Shown here: in pieces, positions 6,412 to 15,705 of the stretch | How positions within the stretch are numbered: position 1 is the first letter of the stretch | Layout of the letters: every line of letters begins with the position of its first letter | Source of the DNA: Kiritimatiellia bacterium | Lineage (GTDB): Bacteria; Verrucomicrobiota; Kiritimatiellia; RFP12; UBA3636 | Direction of reading: 5' to 3' | NCBI GenBank assembly: GCA_017424105.1 | Contig: JAFPBK010000027.1 | Location: forward strand, 1 to 41,001 | Length of the DNA stretch: 41,001 nucleotides | Made by a program: the position numbers and the translations under genes | The notes under the pieces: generated by a model | Database searches by the model: none | Seen by the model: the letters and a program-made list of their open reading frames with translations, nothing else | Told to the model about the DNA's origin: nothing

Positions 6412-8166
6412 TTACTTGCTTGGTGCGATGCAACCTAGCTTGCAAAGCTGATCGCATAAGCCACAGCCATTACATGCTGTTGGATTGATGCTTGGGCGAC
6501 CATTTGCCCCAACCTCAATCGCAGGACAACCACAACGCAAGCAAAGCTTGCAGTTGACGCAACGCTCGTCATCAATTACACGTGCAGGGCCCATTGGCTT
6601 TCTTACATGCAATGGACATGGTGCACGAGAAATAATGAGCGATGGCTCGTCTGCCTCTAGCTCTTCTTTAATTATAGCGATTGTTTCAGCCTGATTGTAA
6701 GGATTGCATACACGAATGCGCTCCATACCACATGCACGAGCAATTGCCTCAATTGAAGCTGATTTTGTAGGCTCGCCCATCAGAGTGGTGCCTGTGCCTG
6801 GATGCTCCTGATGTCCTGTCATTGCTGTAATACGATTATCTACAACAATCAATGTGCTATTGCCTTTGTTGTAAACTACATCAAGCAAACCTGTGATACC
6901 TGAATGGAAGAATGTTGAGTCACCAACAATACCAACGACCTTCTTTTGTTCGCCAGCCTTTTGCATACCATGTGCAATTGTAAAACCAGCACCCATGCAG
7001 AGAATTGTGTCGGTACGATTCAATGGAGGGAATACACCTAAACTGTAGCAGCCAATATCACCACTCACAATTACATCAAACTTTGTGAGTGCTAAGAAAA
7101 GTCCACGATGTGGACAGCCTGCACAAAGCATTGGTGGACGTGCTGGCAAATCACCTGCCTCCTCAACAATGCTTGGAAGCTGTGGCAGGGTCTGCTCAGG
7201 ATAAAGCTGTTGCTTGATTGCATAAAGCTTTGCTGGTGTCAGCTCACCACAACGTGGCACAAGTCCCTTGCCTTCACAAGCAATGCCAAGTGACTTGATG
7301 TGCTCCTCCATAATTGGATCGCCCTCTTCTATCACTACAAGACGCTTTACCTTAGCAGCAAAGCTCTTGAATAGTTCATCAGGGAATGGCCAGCCAAAGC
7401 CTATCTTCAAAATACTTGCCTCTGGGAATATCTCAATACAATGAGCTGCTGTTACACCATGAGAAATAATGCCTAGCTCAGAGCCATTTTCAATGATCTC
7501 ATTCATTGGTGATGTGCATGCCTCTGCTGCTTGGGCGACCATACGCTCCTCAACCTTTACGCGGAGCTTGCGTCCCCAAATTGGCAGTGGAACAAATTGC
7601 TGCACATTGCTCTTGAAGCATGTGGCATTACGCTCACGTGGTTCACGCTCCTCTACTAATGAGCGAGAGTGGCTTACGCAAGTTGTAGTACGCAAAATTA
7701 CTGGGCAACCATATTTCTCTGAAAGCTCAAAGCCCTTGATAACAAAGTCGCGTGCCTCAGCTGCATTTGCTGGCTCAAGCACTGGGATTTTAGCTAAGCG
7801 CGCATAGTGTCGCGTATCCTGCTCTGTTTGAGATGAATCCTGACCAGGATCATCAGCCACAACAATTACCATGCCACCAACTACACCGATGTAGGAAAGT
7901 GTCATCAATGGGTCTGCAGCAACGTTAAGTCCAACAAGCTTCATTGTTGTGATTGTGCGAGCACCTGCGATAGAAGCACCTGCAGCTGCCTCAAGGGCAA
8001 CCTTTTCATTTGGCGACCACTCGCAATATACACCTTGCTTTGAGTACTGAACGAGATTTTCCAAAATCTCTGTTGATGGTGTGCCAGGATAACCGAATGT
8101 TGCAGTTACACCACCCTCAAATGCACCACGTGCAATTGCTTCATTTCCAGAATAAAGTTTTTTCAT
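6412..8166 (-). CDS. iorA: Indolepyruvate:ferredoxin oxidoreductase, alpha subunit
   Basis: The N-terminus is GNEAIARGAFEGGV..GYPGTPSTEI. There is a TPP-binding region. The C-terminus has two 4Fe-4S motifs, CVNCKLCLRCGCP and CNGCGLCDQLC. Confidence 0.9.
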   Translation of the reverse strand: MKKLYSGNEAIARGAFEGGVTATFGYPGTPSTEILENLVQYSKQGVYCEWSPNEKVALEAAAGASIAGARTITTMKLVGLNVAADPLMTLSYIGVVGGMVIVVADDPGQDSSQTEQDTRHYARLAKIPVLEPANAAEARDFVIKGFELSEKYGCPVILRTTTCVSHSRSLVEEREPRERNATCFKSNVQQFVPLPIWGRKLRVKVEERMVAQAAEACTSPMNEIIENGSELGIISHGVTAAHCIEIFPEASILKIGFGWPFPDELFKSFAAKVKRLVVIEEGDPIMEEHIKSLGIACEGKGLVPRCGELTPAKLYAIKQQLYPEQTLPQLPSIVEEAGDLPARPPMLCAGCPHRGLFLALTKFDVIVSGDIGCYSLGVFPPLNRTDTILCMGAGFTIAHGMQKAGEQKKVVGIVGDSTFFHSGITGLLDVVYNKGNSTLIVVDNRITAMTGHQEHPGTGTTLMGEPTKSASIEAIARACGMERIRVCNPYNQAETIAIIKEELEADEPSLIISRAPCPLHVRKPMGPARVIDDERCVNCKLCLRCGCPAIEVGANGRPSINPTACNGCGLCDQLCKLGCIAPSK

Positions 8167-8180
8167 ATCAAAATGGTTGA

Positions 8181-9377
8181 TTATTTTGCTAATGAGTCAA
8201 CAGCGCGCTTAAATGCGTCGCGTGAATTTATGATAGTTGAATCCTCAACACAGAATGCAAGGCGAATATAGCCTGGCAAACCAAAGCCACGACCAGGCAC
8301 TGCCAAGACATGTTCGTTAAGCAGTGCTTCTACAAATATGCGCTCATCCTCAACTGGAGATTTTGCAAAGAAATAGAAGGCTCCCTTTGGCATCATAAAT
8401 TCTACACCAGCATTTGTTAAAACATCTGCCATCAATGCGCGACGCTTACGATAGATATCAATATCTACTTGGCTGTCAAGAGCTGTTTGCAGAACCTTCT
8501 GAGCGATTGCAGGTGCATTAACAAAACCAAGAATACGATTTGTCAAAATCAATGCAGCCATTAGTTTTTCTGCTCCTTCCAAAGCAGGATTTACAGCTAC
8601 ATAGCCAATACGCTCACCAGCAAGTGATAATGTCTTTGAGAAGGAACCAATTACTACTGCTGCCGGATATACAGAGAATACAGATGGAATTTCTGCGCCA
8701 TCAAAATTCAATGCACGATATGGCTCATCAGATACAAGATAGATTGCACGACCATTCTTCTCTGAATGCTTCTTTAGTACTTCAGCAAGTGCTGCAAGCT
8801 CTTCACGAGAATAGATTTGACCTGTTGGGTTATTTGGTGAATTTACAATTACAGCGCGTGTCTTTGGTGTGATTGCTGCATCAATTGCAGCAATATCAAG
8901 AGTAAAATCAGGAAGCTTTGTTGGAACAGGAACAAGCTTACCACCAAAGTTGCCAGCATAGAAGCCATACTCCACAAAGTATGGGCTTGGACAAATTACT
9001 TCATCACCATCAGAAAGTACTGCACGGAACAGAACATTGATTGCACCAGCAGCACCACAAGTAACAACGATATTTGCTGCAGGAACCTGAGTTGCCTGCT
9101 CCTCAGAAACTTTCTTCGCAAGAGCTTCTCTTGTGGCAGGGTAACCTGCATTTGGCATATAGCCAATAGCAAATGGCTCATCTGCATGTTCGGCAATTTC
9201 CTTTAGAGCAGCCTTTACTGCAGATGGAGGTGGAACATCCGGATTACCAAGACTAAAATCATAAACATTCTCAGCACCATATTTTTTGCGTAGCTCAATA
9301 CCTGCTTCAAACATTTTGCGAATCATAGATGAATTTGCAAGATAACCATCAATTTCTTTTGTTACTAATTCGTTCAT
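8181..9377 (-). CDS. PLP-dependent class I/II aminotransferase (aspartate/aromatic type)
   Basis: The LGNPD, NSPNNPTG, SFSKTLSLAGERIGY and R.AF motifs are typical of this fold-type I family. Confidence 0.9.
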   Translation of the reverse strand: MNELVTKEIDGYLANSSMIRKMFEAGIELRKKYGAENVYDFSLGNPDVPPPSAVKAALKEIAEHADEPFAIGYMPNAGYPATREALAKKVSEEQATQVPAANIVVTCGAAGAINVLFRAVLSDGDEVICPSPYFVEYGFYAGNFGGKLVPVPTKLPDFTLDIAAIDAAITPKTRAVIVNSPNNPTGQIYSREELAALAEVLKKHSEKNGRAIYLVSDEPYRALNFDGAEIPSVFSVYPAAVVIGSFSKTLSLAGERIGYVAVNPALEGAEKLMAALILTNRILGFVNAPAIAQKVLQTALDSQVDIDIYRKRRALMADVLTNAGVEFMMPKGAFYFFAKSPVEDERIFVEALLNEHVLAVPGRGFGLPGYIRLAFCVEDSTIINSRDAFKRAVDSLAK

Positions 9378-9411
9378 AAAACTCCTATTTCAATCTTAAA
9401 TTAACTTTACA

Positions 9412-9527
9412 CTACCTAATCTATTCACTATTACCTATTCACTATTACCTAATCTCTACCTAATCTATTCACTATTACTTATTCATTATTATCTAATCTC
9501 TACCTGACCTATTCACTATTACCTATC
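9412..9527. repeat. 44-bp tandem repeat, about 2.6 copies, inside the ior/paaK/aminotransferase cluster
   Basis: The unit is CTACCTAATCTATTCACTATTACCTATTCACTATTACCTAATCT, at 9412-9455, 9456-9499 and 9500 onward. Confidence 0.8.
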
Positions 9528-10799
9528 TTATACAGTCTCGTAGAATACGCGCTTTGCTTTACCCATTTCTACGCGTGGCAATGTGCCTGGCTTGTGAATA
9601 TCACCCTTAGGAGAGAAGCCCAAATCTTCCTTTAGTTGCTTCTCTACCATATAACCAGTAACGCCCTCTTCTGCCTCTACATCTACACGCAATGACTTGA
9701 TGCCATTATTATCAATAATTGTCATTGTGTAATTTGGCAATACACCAGGAATCTTTAGTAGAGACTGCTCTACCTGAGATGGGAAGAAGTTTACTCCTGA
9801 AATAATCAGCATATCATCCAAACGACCAGAAATCTTTTCCAACCGAAGATGTGTGCGACCGCAGGAGCAGGTGTCGCGTGAGATGATACGGCTTAGGTCA
9901 CCAGTTCTAAAGCGAATTACTGGCAGAGCCTCACGATTCAGAGCTGTGATAACAACCTCACCCAGCTCACCATCATCTAGCACCTCGCATGTCTCTGGAT
10001 TGATAATTTCAACAATGTACTGATCCTCCCAAACGTGGATACCATCGTGAGCACAGCAATCCATACCCAGTGTGCCAATGCCGCCTGTTTCTGTCATGCC
10101 ATAAATATCATAAGCATCAATGCCAAGACCCTTGACAATTTTATCGCGCATTGCAACAGAGAAAGCCTCTGCACCAAAGATACCAATCTTTAAATCTGGC
10201 AGAGTTTGATTTGTTTCCTCCATTACTTCCATGATTCGTACTGCATAGGAAACTACGCCAGTAATCACGCGAGAATGAAAATCTTGAGCTAGCTTAATTT
10301 GACGAGCTGTATTACCTGGCCCGCAAGGCACAATAAACATACCTGCTGCACGAGCTCCATGATAGCAACCAAAACCGCCATTGAATAAGCCAAAGCCTGG
10401 TGTGATTTGGCAAACATCACCTGCTTCTGCACCTGCCATTACATAGCAACGTGCCATACATTCTGCCCACTGATCCAAATCCTTTAGTGTATATGGCATT
10501 ACAACTGGTGTACCTGTTGAGCCACTGGACATGTGCATTTCTGCAATCTGCTTTTGATCTACGCAGCACATACCCATTGGATATTGGTCACGAAAATCTT
10601 TTTTGCTCATAAATGGAAGCTTGTGAAGATCCTCAAGACCATTAAATGAAGCTACATCTACGCCTGCTACATCAAATTTCTCTTTGAAATATTGGTTCTT
10701 CTCATAGCAGTAGCGAACAATCTTTTTTACTGCTGCATCTTGGTGTGCGGTAATTTCTGCACGTGGCATTGTTTCCGCTTTTTCGTTATAAAATTTCAT
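9528..10799 (-). CDS. Phenylacetate-CoA ligase family (PaaK-like, AMP-forming)
   Basis: The length is ~420 aa. It has the MSSGSTGTPVV adenylation motif, YGMTE and RTGD, typical of the PaaK/coenzyme F390 synthetase family. Confidence 0.85.
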   Translation of the reverse strand: MKFYNEKAETMPRAEITAHQDAAVKKIVRYCYEKNQYFKEKFDVAGVDVASFNGLEDLHKLPFMSKKDFRDQYPMGMCCVDQKQIAEMHMSSGSTGTPVVMPYTLKDLDQWAECMARCYVMAGAEAGDVCQITPGFGLFNGGFGCYHGARAAGMFIVPCGPGNTARQIKLAQDFHSRVITGVVSYAVRIMEVMEETNQTLPDLKIGIFGAEAFSVAMRDKIVKGLGIDAYDIYGMTETGGIGTLGMDCCAHDGIHVWEDQYIVEIINPETCEVLDDGELGEVVITALNREALPVIRFRTGDLSRIISRDTCSCGRTHLRLEKISGRLDDMLIISGVNFFPSQVEQSLLKIPGVLPNYTMTIIDNNGIKSLRVDVEAEEGVTGYMVEKQLKEDLGFSPKGDIHKPGTLPRVEMGKAKRVFYETV

Positions 10800-10858
10800 T
10801 TATTGATCCTTTGGTTTAAAATTTCTTGTTTGTTGTATTGTTCAGGATTGCACAACTA

Positions 10859-11431
10859 CTATGATATGACTCTGCCACGAGCAAATGCATTAAGATTTGC
10901 TTTAACGGTAGCAGGCTTTACTGATCCCTCAATTGCTTTTTCCCAACATTCCATTGGTAAAGGCAATGCATTTGAAAGCATGCCAATCAGAATTGTATTT
11001 GCCAGACGAACATCGCCAAGCTCAAGGGCTTCTTTGACGCAATCGCAGTACTTAAGATTTGAAAATAGCTTATTAAGACGCTCTTCTACATCCTGTGGAT
11101 ATTTTGCATTACCGCAAGATACAGTTACAGGAATAACGGATTGCTTTGCTACAACAGCTAAACCACCTGGTTTTAAGTAGTGAGCGCAGCGAATTGCTTC
11201 AATATGTTCAAGTGAAGCAAGCACATCTGCTGTTCCTTCAAGAATAAGTGGGCTATGTACTTTCTCGCCAAATTTAATTTGAGCCATCACACTGCCACCG
11301 CGCTGAGCCATACCATGAGTTTCTTTTGCAGTAACTTCATAGCCTGCAAGTTCAGCTGCTTTACTAATAATTTTAGCGGCTAGAAGAATACCTTGACCGC
11401 CTACACCTGATAATAGAATATTGTATATCAT
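10859..11431 (-). CDS. iorB: Indolepyruvate oxidoreductase, beta subunit
   Basis: It is 190 aa. The N-terminal LSGVGGQGILLA motif matches the gamma-type domain of 2-oxoacid:ferredoxin oxidoreductases. Confidence 0.85.
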   Translation of the reverse strand: MIYNILLSGVGGQGILLAAKIISKAAELAGYEVTAKETHGMAQRGGSVMAQIKFGEKVHSPLILEGTADVLASLEHIEAIRCAHYLKPGGLAVVAKQSVIPVTVSCGNAKYPQDVEERLNKLFSNLKYCDCVKEALELGDVRLANTILIGMLSNALPLPMECWEKAIEGSVKPATVKANLNAFARGRVIS

Positions 11432-11467
11432 AAAATAAAAAATTGGTTACATAAAAAACATGTCTTT

Positions 11468-11496
11468 ATGTTACTATAAATAGAAACAAAATGCAA
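11468..11496 (-). promoter_or_regulatory. Candidate sigma70-type promoter upstream of iorB
   Basis: On the minus strand: TTGCAT, 17 nt, TAACAT. Confidence 0.3.
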
Positions 11497-11499
11497 AGC

Positions 11500-12075
11500 A
11501 TTTTTTTCGTATATTGAGAAATATGCGAAGAGCAAGCGTGATGCGTGAGTGTGATGAGTGAGCGAGGTGGCTAGAAGTGCGTGGCTAGAAGTACGATTTT
11601 TTTGACAGGATAAACTATAATTTGGATTGGATTTGTGCGGATGCTGTGGCGTGCGTGGTGGCTAGGTGCAGTGTGCGCGTGGTGTTCGTGATTCAATTAT
11701 CTCGGAGCGGCCAGGCGTCGTCCTGGCTGGAGCACCAAGATGATTTTTCAGGATTAACGTGTATTGGCTATCGCGTAGTTAGTGAATAGTGAATTAGTGA
11801 ATAGTGAATAGATGAGGTAAAAATATTTAAAGTGTGTGCTTAACTGGGGTGTAGGACGTCCTCGTCCTACACGGTAACTGGGCTGTAAGACGTCCACGTC
11901 TTACAGAATAACTGGGCGGCATGGCGTCCCCGCCTTGCTGAAATTTAAAATAATAAATCCCACCGCATATATTGCTTCGCAATGCTTCATATGCCGTAGG
12001 CATGCTTCATGGTGCTATGCACCGCTTCATAGCGCGAAACGCTGCTTCATCTAAATTCGGACACGAATTTAGACA
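11500..12075. repeat. Mosaic intergenic repeat, copy B
   Basis: Core block ~11590-11775. AGTGAAT repeats 11778-11812. Three ~33-nt hairpin units 11841-11940. Four 20-nt mini-hairpin units 11971-12050. A 9-bp-stem hairpin at 12051-12072. Confidence 0.8.
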
Positions 12076-12089
12076 CTTTTTGGCTTGGG

Positions 12090-12614
12090 TTAATGCACAA
12101 GAATCCGGAGTTTTAGCGTAAGAAGAGCAAATAGCCAGCGAATGCGATTAAATGAGCCTGTCAATAGCAAGCCACGTGGGTCAATAGGCTTGCCATTATG
12201 CTCTAACTGAAAGTGCAAATGCTCGCCTGTTGACATACCGGTCTTTCCCATATATCCCAAAGGGGCACCTGCAGAAAGCTCATCGCCAAGCTTTACTCGT
12301 ATTGTACCTGGCTCAAAATGGAAATATCGCGAAACATATCCATTCCCATGATCAATGGATATATTGTTACCTGCCGGGCGCTCTTTATCAAAGCCAGATA
12401 CATCAGTTTCACAATGCACTACCCTGCCTGCAGCAATCGCAAGTATTGTTGCCTCCATACATTGATCTGTCCAGAGGCAACAATCTATGCCGTGGTGCGC
12501 CTTGCGTTCTTTTGTAACAGGATGAATACGCACACCAAAAGACGAGGTCTGTATTACATCCCCCGTCTCTAAAAATATACGATTTTTCTTTAGATAATAG
12601 CGCTGTCTGCCCAT
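12090..12614 (-). CDS. M23 family (LytM-type) metallopeptidase
   Basis: HHGIDC ... GKTGMSTGEHLHFQLEH. Its ATG overlaps the htpG stop codon (TAATG). Confidence 0.8.
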   Translation of the reverse strand: MGRQRYYLKKNRIFLETGDVIQTSSFGVRIHPVTKERKAHHGIDCCLWTDQCMEATILAIAAGRVVHCETDVSGFDKERPAGNNISIDHGNGYVSRYFHFEPGTIRVKLGDELSAGAPLGYMGKTGMSTGEHLHFQLEHNGKPIDPRGLLLTGSFNRIRWLFALLTLKLRILVH

Positions 12615-14503
12615 TACTTAAGCATCAAATCACTAACTAGCTTATTGAAGCGAGCTGGATTTGTTAATGGTGTACCTTCAGCTAGCTGTGCCTGTCCGTA
12701 AAGAAGATCTGCCCAATCCTCTACAGAGCCATTGCCAGAATTTACGCTGTCCAACAGCTTCTTAATCAGAGGGCTGTCTGCATTGATTTCCATGATGCGT
12801 TGTGTTGGTGGCACTGTCTGATTGAAAGCACGCATTACTCGCTCCATGTGTGCTGTGTAGCCATACTCATCAGCAACAAAACAACAAGCAGAATCTGTTA
12901 AACGATTTGATAAACGAACGGTCTTCACTGTATCCTTAAAGCGCTCTGCCAAGAAATCAGTCAAAGGCTTAAATTGTTTATCTGCCTCTGTTGGCTCCTT
13001 CTTGCCGTCCTTTGACTTATCTGTCTCATCGCCATCTAAATCAATTTCGCCTCTGTCAATTGCACGAAGCTTCTTGCCATCATACTCGCGTAGGCGTTCT
13101 GCAACAAATTCATCAACTGGATCAACAAAGAATAGAACCTCAAAACCATGCTTCTTGAAGCTTTCCAAAATTGGTGTATTCTTTGCAACCTCAAAAGAAT
13201 CTGCTGTGAGATAATAAATCTCCTTCTGATTTGATGGCATGCGCTCAGCATATTCCTTTAATGTATATAGCTTTGATGCATCGTCAGAAAGTGTTGATGG
13301 GAATTGAACAAGCTCTTTGAGCTTATCATAATTTTCCCAATCTCCATGTACACCCTCTTTGATCATGCGACCAAACTCACGATAGAACTTTGCATAATCG
13401 TCTGGACGCTTATTCTTCATATCTTCGATTGCACCAATTATTTTGCCCACAATCACCTTGCGGATGCGACGAATAATTGCATCATCCTGAAGCATTTCAC
13501 GAGAAACATTCAATGGCAAGTCAGAGCTCTCAACAACACCCTTTACAAATGATAGGTAATGTGGCAATAGCTCCTTGATTTCATCACCAATAAATACATT
13601 GCGTGCATAAAGCTGAAGACCGCTCTTTGCATTTGAGAAATACATATCAAATGGTGCTGCAGCAGGAATGAATAGCAATGCACTAAATTCTGTAGCACCC
13701 TCTGCAGAGAAATGTACTGTAGCTAAAGGAGCCTCATTATCATGAGCAATATGCTTATAGAAAGAATCTGTATCCTCCTTTGTTACCTCATCCTTTGAGC
13801 GCTTCCAAATTGCCTTCATTGAGTTAAGTGTCTGTGGCTCCTTAACCTCAATTTCGTCCTTATCATTCTTCTCTGCAGGAATGCTTGGATCTGGGAATAA
13901 TACGATTGGATAAGAAATATAATCAGAATAGCGGCGAACTATTTCGCGAATACGCCACTCGTCAACATACTCTTGCATTTCCTCACGCAAATATAGTGTG
14001 ATTGATGTACCATATGCAGCATCCTCATCACCCTCTGTAATTTCATATTCGCCATTACCATCTGACACCCAAACAACTGCCTTGTCTCCGCGACGACGTG
14101 TAACAAGCTTTACTTTATCTGCAACCATAAATGCAGCATAAAAACCAACACCAAACTGACCGATAAGCTCAGGTGCATTTGCCTTATCCTTCATTGCTTG
14201 AAGGAACTTCTTTGTGCCAGAGGATGCAACTGTACCAATATTGCGTTCTACTTCCTCTGCATTCATACCAATACCATTATCGGTAATTACAAGTGTTTTT
14301 GCTTCTTTATTTGCAAGAAGATTAATTTTATATTCTTCATCTGCCTCTTGTGTCTTATCTGTCAATGCTTCAAAGCGAGCGCGATCAATAGCATCAGATG
14401 CATTTGAAATAAGCTCGCGAAGAAATACCTCTTTCTTTGAATAAAGAGAATTGATTACTAAATCCAATAGTTGGCTGACTTCTGTTTTAAAAGTTTTTTT
14501 CAT
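12614..14503 (-). CDS. htpG: Molecular chaperone HtpG (Hsp90)
   Basis: EVSQLLDLVINSLYS.KEVFLRELISNASDA, GQFGVGFYAAFMVA. The start was set to ATG 14503 (MKKTFKTEV). Confidence 0.95.
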   Translation of the reverse strand: MKKTFKTEVSQLLDLVINSLYSKKEVFLRELISNASDAIDRARFEALTDKTQEADEEYKINLLANKEAKTLVITDNGIGMNAEEVERNIGTVASSGTKKFLQAMKDKANAPELIGQFGVGFYAAFMVADKVKLVTRRRGDKAVVWVSDGNGEYEITEGDEDAAYGTSITLYLREEMQEYVDEWRIREIVRRYSDYISYPIVLFPDPSIPAEKNDKDEIEVKEPQTLNSMKAIWKRSKDEVTKEDTDSFYKHIAHDNEAPLATVHFSAEGATEFSALLFIPAAAPFDMYFSNAKSGLQLYARNVFIGDEIKELLPHYLSFVKGVVESSDLPLNVSREMLQDDAIIRRIRKVIVGKIIGAIEDMKNKRPDDYAKFYREFGRMIKEGVHGDWENYDKLKELVQFPSTLSDDASKLYTLKEYAERMPSNQKEIYYLTADSFEVAKNTPILESFKKHGFEVLFFVDPVDEFVAERLREYDGKKLRAIDRGEIDLDGDETDKSKDGKKEPTEADKQFKPLTDFLAERFKDTVKTVRLSNRLTDSACCFVADEYGYTAHMERVMRAFNQTVPPTQRIMEINADSPLIKKLLDSVNSGNGSVEDWADLLYGQAQLAEGTPLTNPARFNKLVSDLMLK

Positions 14504-14592
14504 AGTGTTTATTTTCCTGATTTTATTAAAAGTTAAATGCATAGGCACTTATTTCTAAATGCCTATGCGAAAAGTGTTTTTGTTGCGGCAGA

Positions 14593-15315
14593 TTAGTCGC
14601 GTCTTCCACCAATTAGGCCAAAACGATATAGGTAGTATAACAATGTTAGTAGTGCAGAGATTGCTCCTGCAACATATGTCATAAATGCAGCATTAAGCAC
14701 CTTGCCAGCAGCATCAATTTCTGCTTGGCTTGATACGGCACCACATACTGCCAGTTGCTTCTTTGCTCGTGCACTGGCATCCCACTCTACTGGTAGAGTT
14801 ACAACAGAGAAAACAAATGCAGTACCAAAAAGAATTATACCTGCCCATGTAATTAAATAACCTGTATCTGGTGAGATAAATCCAATACCAGATAAAAGTA
14901 GTCCAGCAACAGCAATCAGGATACCAAAATTGCTACCAAACTGTGTAATTGGAACAAGTGCGGAGCGTAGCATTAGAGGAGCATAGCCCTGAGCATGCTG
15001 TAGTGCATGACCAGCCTCATGGCAAGCAACACCTACTGCTGCAATGCTGGACTCTCCGTAAACTTCAGGAGAAAGACGCAAAACCTTCTTGGTTGGGTCA
15101 TAATGATCTGATAAAAAGCCAGATACTTGCTCAATACGCACATCATTAACGCCTGCACGGCGTAGCATACGTTCAGCAGCTTGTGCTCCTGTAATTCCTG
15201 TTGATGTACGAGACTTTGAATACTTATTAAAAGTGCTTTTTACTGTCATAGAAGCAATTCCAGAAAGAATCAATACTGGAATCATAACGACTAGATATAG
15301 AGGATCAAAAAACAT
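14593..15315 (-). CDS. Membrane zinc metallopeptidase, YugP family
   Basis: An N-terminal TM segment, the HEAGHALQH zinc motif and C-terminal TM helices. Confidence 0.85.
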   Translation of the reverse strand: MFFDPLYLVVMIPVLILSGIASMTVKSTFNKYSKSRTSTGITGAQAAERMLRRAGVNDVRIEQVSGFLSDHYDPTKKVLRLSPEVYGESSIAAVGVACHEAGHALQHAQGYAPLMLRSALVPITQFGSNFGILIAVAGLLLSGIGFISPDTGYLITWAGIILFGTAFVFSVVTLPVEWDASARAKKQLAVCGAVSSQAEIDAAGKVLNAAFMTYVAGAISALLTLLYYLYRFGLIGGRRD

Positions 15316-15479
15316 AATCGTTTCCTTTCATTATTTTGTTATATGCATTATTATACTAAATATAAACAAATTTGTATATGAGTATTGTAGCAAATTCTGT
15401 ACCAACGCGAAAAATCGGCAAATTTGGGTGAAATTTGCGAAATTATGACACAATTTGAGACACAGAAGTGCGACATAAG

Positions 15480-15705
15480 TGTGTTATGCGTAGTGGCGAG
15501 CGTGATAGCGAGCGTGATGGCGAAAAGTGCGAAGTTTTTTGACAGGATTAACTATAATTTGGATTGGATTGTGTGCGGATGCTATGGCGTGCGTGGTGGC
15601 TAGGTGCTGTGCACGTGGTGGGCGTGATTCAATTATCTCGGAGCGGCCAGGCGTCGTCCTGGCTGTGCACCAAGATGATTTCTCAGGATTAATGTGTATT
15701 AGCTA
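15480..15705. repeat. Mosaic intergenic repeat, copy C (core block only)
   Basis: It is near-identical to 11560-11775. The dinG-like stop codon (15703-15705) lies in its last bases. Confidence 0.8.

Noticed and set aside
10692-11180. A 162-aa plus-strand ORF overlaps iorB and the paaK-like start.
   Set aside because: It is antisense to two well-supported genes and has no recognisable motifs.
11602-11621. Perfect TTGACA and TATAAT hexamers in the mosaic core (also present at 15538-15557) might have formed a promoter.
   Set aside because: The two hexamers are only 8 nt apart, whereas a sigma70 promoter needs about 17. Copy A also has the -10-like box altered (TATAAT context GACTATAAT). This is probably a coincidental or non-promoter motif.
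11841-12072. The hairpin arrays, and their copy at 4613-4832, might have been a CRISPR array.
   Set aside because: The units are contiguous, with no unique spacers between them. The palindromic parts differ from unit to unit, and no cas genes are present. The pattern fits REP/BIME-like elements better.
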